64,000 nt of DNA, taken from the NCBI RefSeq assembly GCF_964228225.1, contig NZ_CAXQZB010000043.1, forward strand, positions 11,610 through 75,609, read 5' to 3'. The position numbers and the translations under genes are program-made. A model generated the notes under the pieces. That model saw only the letters and a program-made list of their open reading frames with translations, was not told the origin of the DNA and ran no database searches. Positions 57,129 through 64,000 of the stretch are shown one piece after another (position 1 is the stretch's first letter; each line of letters begins with the position of its first letter). The stretch comes from Nocardioides sp. GTDB lineage: Bacteria > Actinomycetota > Actinomycetes > Propionibacteriales > Nocardioidaceae.

Positions 57129-58412
57129 TCAGCCCGCCAGCTTCTCGGCCGCCGCGAGCAGCACGCAGGTGGCGACCGCCTCCATCGCGGCCGTCACGTC
57201 GGCCATCCCCGGGAAGGTGGGCGCGAGCCGGATGTTGCGGTCGTGCGGGTCGTGGCCGCCGGGGAACGCCGAGCCGGCCGGCGTCAGCGCCACCCCGGCC
57301 TGCTTGGCCAGGGCGACGACGCGCGAGGCGGTGCCGTCGAGCACGTCCAGGCTCACGAAGTAGCCGCCCACGGGATCGGTCCACGTGGCCACGCCCAGGC
57401 CGCCGAGACGCTCGGCGAGCACGCGCTGGACCTCGGCGAACTTCGGGGCGATGAGCTCGCGGTGCTTGACCATGTGGGCCCGCACGCCGTCGGCGTCGCC
57501 GAAGAACTCGGCGTGGCGCCACTGGTTGAGCTTGTCGGGGCCGATGGAGCCCTTGCCGAGGTGGCCGGTGAACCACGCCACGACCTCGGGGGAGCCGGCG
57601 AGGAACGCCACGCCCGCGCCGGCGTAGGTGACCTTGGAGGTGGAGGCGAACATGATCGCCCGGTGCGGGTTGCCGGCCGCCGCGGCGTACCCGAGCAGGT
57701 CGGCGGTGGGGGTCTCGACCTCGGTGAGGTGGTGCAGCGCGTAGGCGTTGTCCCACAGGATCGTGAAGTCCGGCGCCGCCGTGGGCATGGCCGCGAGCCG
57801 GCGGGCGACGTCGTCGCTGACGGTGTCGCCGGTGGGGTTGGCGTAGGTCGGCACCAGCCACATGCCCTTGATCGAGGGGTCGGCGGCCACGAGCGCCTCG
57901 AGGGCGTCCATGTCGGGGCCGTCGGCCAGCAGCGGCACGGTGACGGTGTCGATGCCCAGCCAGGACAGCAGCGTGAAGTGACGGTCGTAGCCGGGCACCG
58001 GGCACACGAAGGTGACCTTCTCCTCCGCCGACCACGGCCGCTCGCTGGTGACCCCGCCGTGCAGCCACAGGTCGAGCAGCGCCTCGCGCATCATCACGAG
58101 GCTGGAGCTGCCGCCGGCGACGAGCTGGGCAGTGGGCACGCCGAGCAGCGGCGCGAAGATCTCGCGCAGCTCCAGCACGCCCTCGAGGCCGCCGTAGTTG
58201 CGGGTGTCGACGCCGCTCGGGGTGATCGGGGTGGTCGGCAGGCTCAGCAGCCGGTCGGCGAGCTCGAGCTGCGCCGTGGCGGGCTTGCCGCGCGTGAGGT
58301 CGAGCGAGAGTCCGCTCGCGACGAGGGAGTCGTAGGCGGCGCGCTGGTCGGCGAGGATCTGCTGCAGCTCCTCGGCGGAGCGCTGGGCCAGGGGCAGGGT
58401 CTGCTCGGTCAC
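57129..58412 (-). CDS. PLP-dependent aminotransferase (class I/II)
   Basis: LDLTRGKP, YANPTG, and SKVTYAGAG (the Lys in the SxK context). GTG at 58410-58412 with GGGAG upstream. The track ORF has a short N-terminal over-extension. Confidence 0.8.
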   Translation of the reverse strand: MTEQTLPLAQRSAEELQQILADQRAAYDSLVASGLSLDLTRGKPATAQLELADRLLSLPTTPITPSGVDTRNYGGLEGVLELREIFAPLLGVPTAQLVAGGSSSLVMMREALLDLWLHGGVTSERPWSAEEKVTFVCPVPGYDRHFTLLSWLGIDTVTVPLLADGPDMDALEALVAADPSIKGMWLVPTYANPTGDTVSDDVARRLAAMPTAAPDFTILWDNAYALHHLTEVETPTADLLGYAAAAGNPHRAIMFASTSKVTYAGAGVAFLAGSPEVVAWFTGHLGKGSIGPDKLNQWRHAEFFGDADGVRAHMVKHRELIAPKFAEVQRVLAERLGGLGVATWTDPVGGYFVSLDVLDGTASRVVALAKQAGVALTPAGSAFPGGHDPHDRNIRLAPTFPGMADVTAAMEAVATCVLLAAAEKLAG

Positions 58413-58611
58413 GCCCCCACTCTCCCAGACCGCACCCACGCCCGCGCGCGCGAGGGCGTCGTGGCGCCACCACGGCCCCGGGGCGGTGGGACGCCGGTAC
58501 GGCTCCGGCACGACTCCGGTTCGACTCGGGCTGGGGCGAGGCCGTATGGTTGCCCGCAGTGGACAACCGCGAACGCTCAGGCATGCCCTCGACCGTTCCC
58601 GGTGATCCCGG

Positions 58612-58684
58612 AGGGCACTAGCTCAACTGGCAGAGCATCGGTCTCCAAAACCGAAGGTTGGGGGTTCAAGTCCCTCGTGCCCTG
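58612..58684 (+). tRNA. tRNA-Trp (anticodon CCA)
   Basis: Acceptor AGGGCAC/GTGCCCT. Anticodon stem-loop TCGGT-CTCCAAA-ACCGA. T-arm GGGTTCAAGTCCC. 73 nt. Confidence 0.9.
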
Positions 58685-58771
58685 CACGATCCCGCACCAC
58701 CCGGACCACCCGGTCCACCAGCACCACCTGAGAACAGCACCCACCCAGCACAGCCGACGAGAGGTGAAGTC

Positions 58772-59029
58772 GTGTCGGAGAGCAGCACGGTCCGCGGCAA
58801 GGGCGCCGGCTCGCCCGACGACGCGCCGCGTCGCACCAGCATCCCGACCTTCTACCGCCAGGTCGTCGCCGAGCTCCGCAAGGTCGTCTACCCGACCCAG
58901 GAGCAGCTGGTCACCTACTTCCTCGTGGTCCTGGTGTTCGTCGTGGTGATGATGTCGTTCGTCTCCGCCCTCGACCTCGGTCTGGGCAAGCTCGTCTTCG
59001 CGGTCTTCACCGCCGGCGACGACATCTAG
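58772..59029 (+). CDS. secE: Preprotein translocase subunit SecE
   Basis: [35 protein letters not shown]. Sits between tRNA-Trp and nusG. GTG with GAGAGGTGAAG upstream. Confidence 0.9.
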   Translation: MSESSTVRGKGAGSPDDAPRRTSIPTFYRQVVAELRKVVYPTQEQLVTYFLVVLVFVVVMMSFVSALDLGLGKLVFAVFTAGDDI

Positions 59030-59102
59030 TCCCCCCACGGCGCGCCGGAGCCCGCCCGGGTCCCTCGCGTGTCGCCCACCCGAACCACCCCCGCGACAAG
59101 CG

Positions 59103-59930
59103 ATGGAGCAGCACGTGTCTGAGCAGTACGACGAGTCGACCGAGGACCTCGCCGAGGACCTCGCCCCCGAGGCCGACGGGGCCGACGAGGCCGCGGAGGA
59201 GCCCACCGACGCCCCCGAGGCGCTCGACGAGGCTGACGAGGCCGACGCCGAGGACGCGGAGGACGACACCGACGCGGAGACCGACGTCGTCGACGACGAG
59301 GACCCCCTCGAGGCGTTCCGCCGCGAGCTGTGGGCCAAGCCGGGCGACTGGTACGTCGTGCACACCTACTCCGGCATGGAGAACCGGGTGAAGTCCAACC
59401 TCGAGAACCGCATCGTGTCCTTGAACATGGAGGACTACATCCACGAGATCGTGGTGCCGATCGAGGACTTCGTCGAGATCAAGAACGGCCAGCGCCGGAC
59501 CCGCAAGAAGCCCTCGCTGCCCGGCTACGTGCTGGTGCGCATGGACCTCACCGACGAGTCGTGGTCGGCCGTGCGCCACACGCCCTCGGTCACCGGTTTC
59601 GTCGGCAACTCCCACCAGCCGGTGCCGCTGAGCATGAGCGAGGTCGAGTCGATGCTCGCCCCCGCCGTGGTCGCCACCGCCGAGGCGGCCGCCGCCTCCG
59701 CCGCCGCCGGTGCGGGCACCTCCGTCGGCACCGCCACCGCGAAGAAGCCGATCGAGGTCGCCGACTTCGAGGTCACCGACTCCGTGATGGTCGTCGACGG
59801 CCCGTTCGCCACGCTCCACGCGACGATCACCGAGATCAACGCCGAGTCCCAGCGCGTCAAGGCGCTGGTCGAGATCTTCGGCCGGGAGACCCCGGTCGAG
59901 CTGAGCTTCAGCCAGATCCAGAAGGTCTGA
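59103..59930 (+). CDS. nusG: Transcription termination/antitermination factor NusG (acidic N-terminal extension)
   Basis: [15 protein letters not shown] (NGN) and the KOW block [19 protein letters not shown]. The first ~75 aa are Asp/Glu-rich. Confidence 0.95.
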   Translation: MEQHVSEQYDESTEDLAEDLAPEADGADEAAEEPTDAPEALDEADEADAEDAEDDTDAETDVVDDEDPLEAFRRELWAKPGDWYVVHTYSGMENRVKSNLENRIVSLNMEDYIHEIVVPIEDFVEIKNGQRRTRKKPSLPGYVLVRMDLTDESWSAVRHTPSVTGFVGNSHQPVPLSMSEVESMLAPAVVATAEAAAASAAAGAGTSVGTATAKKPIEVADFEVTDSVMVVDGPFATLHATITEINAESQRVKALVEIFGRETPVELSFSQIQKV

Positions 59931-59946
59931 GCCCAGCACGTAGGAA

Positions 59947-59984
59947 CCCGTGGCAGAGGACCGTCGGTCCTCGTCATGACCACA
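59947..59984 (+). promoter_or_regulatory. rplK 5' leader motif: CCCGTGGCAG + hairpin + GACCACA
   Basis: CCCGTGGCAG(59947-59956), hairpin GAGGACC-GTC-GGTCCTC (59956-59972), GACCACA (59978-59984), then a purine-rich SD. The same module order occurs before rplA. Confidence 0.35.
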
Positions 59985-60001
59985 GAACAGGAAGAGAGCG
60001 A

Positions 60002-60430
60002 ATGCCTCCCAAGAAGAAGATCGCTGCGCTGGTCAAGGTGCAGCTGCAGGCCGGCGCCGCGACGCCGGCGCCGCCGGTCGGTACCGCGTTGGGTCCGCAC
60101 GGCGTCAACATCATGGACTTCTGCAAGGCGTACAACGCCCAGACCGAGGCCATGCGCGGCAACGTGATCCCCGTCGAGATCACCATCTACGAGGACCGCA
60201 GCTTCACCTTCGTCACCAAGACGCCCCCGGCGTCGGAGCTGATCAAGAAGGCCGCCGGTCTCTCGAAGGGCTCGAGCGTCCCGCACAAGGACAAGGTCGG
60301 CAAGCTGACCAAGGACCAGGTGCGCGAGATCGCCGCCACCAAGCTCCCCGACCTCAACGCCAACGACCTCGACGCGGCGATGAAGATCGTCGAGGGCACC
60401 GCCCGCTCGATGGGCGTCACCACCGAGTAA
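60002..60430 (+). CDS. rplK: 50S ribosomal protein L11
   Basis: [45 protein letters not shown]. Confidence 0.97.
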   Translation: MPPKKKIAALVKVQLQAGAATPAPPVGTALGPHGVNIMDFCKAYNAQTEAMRGNVIPVEITIYEDRSFTFVTKTPPASELIKKAAGLSKGSSVPHKDKVGKLTKDQVREIAATKLPDLNANDLDAAMKIVEGTARSMGVTTE

Positions 60431-60434
60431 CACC

Positions 60435-60470
60435 CCCGTGGCAGGGCCGCGCTGGCCCACCAGGACCACA
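60435..60470 (+). promoter_or_regulatory. rplA 5' leader motif: CCCGTGGCAG + hairpin + GACCACA
   Basis: CCCGTGGCAG (60435-60444), hairpin GGGCC-GCGCT-GGCCC (60444-60458), GACCACA (60464-60470), then a purine-rich SD. Confidence 0.35.
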
Positions 60471-60501
60471 TCCTTCGCGCCTACTCGAAAGAAGAAGAGA
60501 C

Positions 60502-61224
60502 ATGCAGCGCAGCAAGACCTACCGCGCGGCGGCGGAGACGTTCGACAAGAACGAGCTCCACGCCCCGCTGGCCGCGATCAAGATCGCGAAGACCACCTCC
60601 AAGAAGAAGTTCGACGAGACCGTGGACGTCGTCATGCGTCTCGGCGTCGACCCCCGCAAGGCCGACCAGATGGTGCGCGGCACCGTCAACCTGCCCCACG
60701 GCACCGGCAAGATCGCCCGCGTCCTGGTGTTCGCGAACGCCGACAAGGCCGAGGCCGCCCGTGAGGCCGGCGCCGACATCGTCGGTGGCGACGAGCTGAT
60801 CGACAAGGTCGCCGGCGGCTGGCTGGAGTTCGACGCCGTCGTCGCCACGCCCGACATGATGGGCAAGGTCGGTCGCCTGGGTCGCGTGCTCGGTCCCCGC
60901 GGCCTCATGCCGAACCCCAAGACCGGCACCGTGACCCCCGACCCGGCCAAGGCCGTCACCGACATCAAGGGCGGCAAGATCGAGTTCCGGGTCGACCGGC
61001 ACGCGAACCTGCACTTCATCATCGGCAAGGCCTCCTTCTCCGAGACCGCGCTCGCGGAGAACTACGCCGCCGCGCTGGAGGAGGTGCTGCGGCTCAAGCC
61101 GGCCAGCTCCAAGGGCCGCTACCTGAAGAAGGTCACCTTCTCCACCACGATGGGCCCCGGCATCCAGGTCGACCCGAACCGCACCCGCAACATCGCGCTC
61201 GAGGACGACGCCCCGGCGGTCTGA
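60502..61224 (+). CDS. rplA: 50S ribosomal protein L1
   Basis: [32 protein letters not shown]. 240 aa. Confidence 0.97.
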   Translation: MQRSKTYRAAAETFDKNELHAPLAAIKIAKTTSKKKFDETVDVVMRLGVDPRKADQMVRGTVNLPHGTGKIARVLVFANADKAEAAREAGADIVGGDELIDKVAGGWLEFDAVVATPDMMGKVGRLGRVLGPRGLMPNPKTGTVTPDPAKAVTDIKGGKIEFRVDRHANLHFIIGKASFSETALAENYAAALEEVLRLKPASSKGRYLKKVTFSTTMGPGIQVDPNRTRNIALEDDAPAV

Positions 61225-61249
61225 TCCTCCTGATCCCCCGCGTCACCCA

Positions 61250-61288
61250 CCGCGGCCCCGTCCCCCTCGCGGGGGGGCGGGGCCGCGG
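61250..61288 (+). terminator. GC-rich hairpin after rplA
   Basis: CCGCGGCCCCG-T-CCCCC-TCGC-GGGGG-GG-CGGGGCCGCGG, 26 nt after the rplA stop. Confidence 0.55.
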
Positions 61289-61329
61289 TGCGTCCGGGGG
61301 CGTCCGGAGGCGTCCGGTGGCGGACGGGA

Positions 61330-61704
61330 TCAGGTGCGGTGCAGGAAGCCCAGGGCCGCCACGACCCGGCCCGACTCCTCGCACACCCACACCGGGTCGG
61401 GGCCGCCGAGGTCGGGGGAGATGAACAGGCTGTGCTCGGGGGCGTCGTCGCACTCCAGGCACAGCGGCCACCGGCCCGAGGTCGAGAACAGCGCGTCCTG
61501 CACGTCCTGGGCGACCAGGCCGGCGACGTAGACCGCTCCCTCGGGCCACTGCTCGGCCCACCACTGCCGCGCGGCGACGGCGTCCTCCAGCGCCGAGACG
61601 GCCGTGGCGGTGGCGTGCCGGCGCGCCTGGAGGTCGGCCAGCACGCGGGCGCGGGCATCGAGGAGCAGCGAGGAATCCACACCCCCATTGTGCGCGGGTT
61701 TCAA
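61330..61704 (-). CDS. Hypothetical protein with CxxC...H...C cluster (116-124 aa)
   Basis: High GC3 in this frame. RWPLCLECDDAPEHSLFISPDLGGPDPVWVCEE. The start is ambiguous: TTG at 61704 or GTG at 61680. Confidence 0.55.
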   Translation of the reverse strand: MKPAHNGGVDSSLLLDARARVLADLQARRHATATAVSALEDAVAARQWWAEQWPEGAVYVAGLVAQDVQDALFSTSGRWPLCLECDDAPEHSLFISPDLGGPDPVWVCEESGRVVAALGFLHRT

Positions 61705-61757
61705 GTCCCGGTCCGGCAGGGCACCCGGGTCTCCCCATCCCCGACCGAGGAGGCCCC

Positions 61758-62105
61758 ATGTCCGACACGACCCTGCAGGTGCGCCGCTGGCGCGACCTGG
61801 TGACCCTGCACGAGGCGCTGGAGGAGGCCACCGGCCAGTGGCGCGCCACCTGCCGCTTCGCCGCCACGCACGTCGCCGACCCGTCCGGGTTCCGGCCCAG
61901 CCCGGTGTGCGTGCTCAGCCCGCTGGGCGACGCCGTCGCGCGCCTGGCCGAGGGCGTCGGGGCGGCCGAGACCGCCGTCGTCGAGGACTGGGAGCGCCTC
62001 GCTGCGGGCCTCGAGCGGGTGGCGGTCGACCTCGGCGGTGCCGACGCACGCTCCGCCCTCGCCTCCCGCACGCTCCTGGAGACGGTCCTGGGGTGGGTGG
62101 CATGA
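61758..62105 (+). CDS. Small helical hypothetical protein (115 aa), EspC/DUF2580-like in layout
   Basis: GAGGAGG lies 6 nt before the ATG. High GC3. Predicted helical. ATGA overlap with the next gene. Confidence 0.6.
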   Translation: MSDTTLQVRRWRDLVTLHEALEEATGQWRATCRFAATHVADPSGFRPSPVCVLSPLGDAVARLAEGVGAAETAVVEDWERLAAGLERVAVDLGGADARSALASRTLLETVLGWVA

Positions 62106-62884
62106 GCGAGGAGGTGGGCGTCCACCTGGTCGAGCCCGATCTGGCCGCCCCGCCCGAGCGCGGTGGCACGCTGCGCCACGACGCGGACTTCGAGGCCTGG
62201 GAGGGTGCGGTCGAGGGGGCGCGCGAGGTCGTGAACCGCATGGTCGGGGTGCTCGGCGGACTGGGGGTGCACCTGCCGGCGCTCCCCGAGGTCGGCCTGC
62301 GCACCCTGCTGGTGGACCCGCTTGTCGGCGACCTCACGGCGGTGCGCGCCACGGCCGACTCCTGCGTGGTCACCCGCGACGCGCTGCGCCGGGTGGCGCT
62401 CAACCTCGGGATCATCGGGGCGTGGAGCGTGCCGGTCTGGGAGGGCCGGGCGGCCGAGGCGTTCCGGGCCGCGCTCGTGGTCCGCGCCGTGCGCGTCGAG
62501 GCGTTCGCCGAGCTGGTCGGCGCCGGGTGGTACGTCCTCGACGAGATCGCCGGGGTCGTGGAGCACGTCCAGGTGGAGGTCGAGGCCGCGGTCGCCGAGC
62601 TCGGCGAGGTGCTGCTCCGCGTCGTCGCCCGGATCCTCAGTCGGGTGTCCAGCCCGGTGGGCTGGGGCGTGTTCGCCCTCGAGTTCGGCCTCAAGGGCCT
62701 CGACGCCGTCACCGACATCGTCGACGACCTGCGCCGGGTGTGGGAGATCATCGACGCCCTCATCGCCCGCCAGGAGGAGGTCGCGGCGTGGGCGCGGGCG
62801 CAGCAGGAGCGCCTCGACGCCGTGCTGTCGGTGGCCGCGATGGTCCGCAGCGTGCGCCGCCACGGGCTGAGTCGCACGGGCTGA
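62102..62884 (+). CDS. Hypothetical protein with WXG100-like motif(s) (260 aa)
   Basis: PVWEGRAAEAFRAAL matches the W-x-G...A..AF turn of WXG100 proteins. A second WEG occurs at FEAWEGAVEGA. The flanks are helical. Translationally coupled to the upstream gene. Confidence 0.6.
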   Translation: MSEEVGVHLVEPDLAAPPERGGTLRHDADFEAWEGAVEGAREVVNRMVGVLGGLGVHLPALPEVGLRTLLVDPLVGDLTAVRATADSCVVTRDALRRVALNLGIIGAWSVPVWEGRAAEAFRAALVVRAVRVEAFAELVGAGWYVLDEIAGVVEHVQVEVEAAVAELGEVLLRVVARILSRVSSPVGWGVFALEFGLKGLDAVTDIVDDLRRVWEIIDALIARQEEVAAWARAQQERLDAVLSVAAMVRSVRRHGLSRTG

Positions 62885-62915
62885 GTCGCACGGGGAGTCC
62901 GGCTAGGGTCGGGAC

Positions 62916-63581
62916 ATGAGGCCGCTGCTGGAGGTCGTCGTGCGTCATCCGCGCGACGTCCCCGGCGCGCTCGACGGCGGCGCCGACCGGCTGAGCCTCG
63001 AGCAGCCCGGCGCCGACCTCGACCTCGCCGGGGTCTCGGCGGTGGTGCGGGCCGCGGGTGCGGTGCCCGTGCGACTGCGGTTCCCCCACCCCCCGCCGGA
63101 CGACCTCGGCCCCCGGCTCGCCGCGGTGCGCGGGCTCGGGGTGGCGGGCGTCGGACTCGGCCTGGTCGACGAGGACCTCGAGGTCGACGTCGCGGCCGGC
63201 TTCGGCCTGCGCGAGGTGGCCCCCGACCTCGCCTGGACCTTCGAGGACGACGTCGACCGCGTGCTCGACCCCGTCCGCGCCTGGCGGCGGCTCCGCACGC
63301 TCCCGGGACTCACCGCGGTGGCCACGGCCGGGGCCGCCCCCGGCCGCCCCTGCGACGTCGACGCGCTGCTGGCCCACGCAGCCGACCCGGCGGTGGCGGC
63401 CCTGCTGATGCCGGCCGGGGAGTGGCCCGCCGAGGCCGTGCCGTGGCTGGTGCGGGCAGGCGTGCGCCAGTTCCGCGTCGGCGACGCCGCGCGCGTGGGC
63501 GGGTCGGAGCGGGCCTACGTCGACGCGGGCCGGGTGCGGTCCTGGCGGCTGCTGCTGGACCACGAGGCGCAGCGGGCGTGA
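62916..63581 (+). CDS. CutC-like TIM-barrel protein (divergent)
   Basis: LLEVVV...ALDGGADRLSLE and overall length resemble CutC. The central blocks look degenerate. Assignment is tentative. Confidence 0.5.
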   Translation: MRPLLEVVVRHPRDVPGALDGGADRLSLEQPGADLDLAGVSAVVRAAGAVPVRLRFPHPPPDDLGPRLAAVRGLGVAGVGLGLVDEDLEVDVAAGFGLREVAPDLAWTFEDDVDRVLDPVRAWRRLRTLPGLTAVATAGAAPGRPCDVDALLAHAADPAVAALLMPAGEWPAEAVPWLVRAGVRQFRVGDAARVGGSERAYVDAGRVRSWRLLLDHEAQRA

Positions 63582-63883
63582 GCGTGCTCATCGACCCGCC
63601 CGACGTGCCGCGCCACGGCCGCTGGTGGTCGCACCTGGCCAGCGACGTCTCGCTCGCCGAGCTGCACGCCTTCGCCGCCGCCCACGGCGTCCCGCCCCGC
63701 GCCTTCGACCGCGACCACTACGACGTGCCGGCCGAGTACTACGAGGTGCTGGTGGCCGCCGGTGCCGAGCCGACGCCGAGCCGGGAGCTCGTGCGGCGGC
63801 TACGGGCCGCCGGCCTGCGGCGCCCGCGTCGCCGCACCGCCGACGACGGGCCGTCGGTCAGTCCCGCTGCGGGAGCCGGCTGA
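63578..63883 (+). CDS. DUF4031-like protein
   Basis: WSHLASDVSLAELHAFAAAHGVPPRAFDRDHYDVP resembles the DUF4031 core. GTGA overlap with the upstream gene. Confidence 0.65.
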   Translation: MSVLIDPPDVPRHGRWWSHLASDVSLAELHAFAAAHGVPPRAFDRDHYDVPAEYYEVLVAAGAEPTPSRELVRRLRAAGLRRPRRRTADDGPSVSPAAGAG

Positions 63884-64000
63884 GCTCGGCGGCCACGTTG
63901 GCGCGGGCCGGCCGCTCCCAGGCGGCGATCGCCGGAGCGGTGTGGAACAGCGAGGGCTTGGCGAGCAGCTGCTCCAGCACGTGGCGCCGCCCGGCGGTGA
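63858..64000 (-). CDS. 3' end of an unidentified minus-strand gene running off the window
   Basis: Open minus-strand frame ...LEQLLAKPSLFHTAPAIAAWERPARANVAAELSRLPQRD* with high GC3. Stop at 63858-63860. Not in the supplied track. Confidence 0.4.
   Translation of the reverse strand, partial: TAGRRHVLEQLLAKPSLFHTAPAIAAWERPARANVAAELSRLPQRD

Overview
High-GC (roughly 70%+) actinobacterial chromosomal core region, mostly plus-strand, with no rRNA, CRISPR, transposase, integrase or phage genes that I could see. Content in order: (1) menaquinone genes menD (5'-truncated), menF and menG, mixed with a Na+/H+ antiporter fused to a UBP-type zinc finger, a PP2C phosphatase and an L,D-transpeptidase. (2) Three translationally coupled AIM24/DUF124 paralogues, divergent from the complete nuoA-N complex I operon. 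(3) nuoN overlaps a polyprenyl diphosphate synthase gene. (4) RarD and EamA exporters with a MocR regulator, korAB, and the sulfate ABC transporter sbp-cysTWA. (5) yajQ, tRNA-Tyr, a TetR/MpaB pair, a collagen-like secreted protein, a phosphodiesterase, an F420-type reductase, a YdeP-like molybdoenzyme with pirin, tag-lrgAB and an amidase. (6) The conserved block tRNA-Thr/tRNA-Met-rpmG-hadAB-like-murB ... tRNA-Trp-secE-nusG-rplK-rplA. (7) A small cluster of uncharacterised genes that includes a WXG-motif protein. The leads most worth a second look are the AIM24 triplet between the menaquinone and complex I genes, the EspC-like/WXG-like pair after rplA, a ~63-bp palindromic element present twice with compensatory stem changes, a motif shared by the rplK and rplA leaders, CTAG-containing palindromes in the kor/sbp divergent region, and divergent genes with overlapping start codons at the MocR/EamA junction. 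All family assignments come from reading the translations by eye; no database search was run. The many long Arg/Pro/Gly-rich alternative-frame ORFs in the track are treated as high-GC artefacts.
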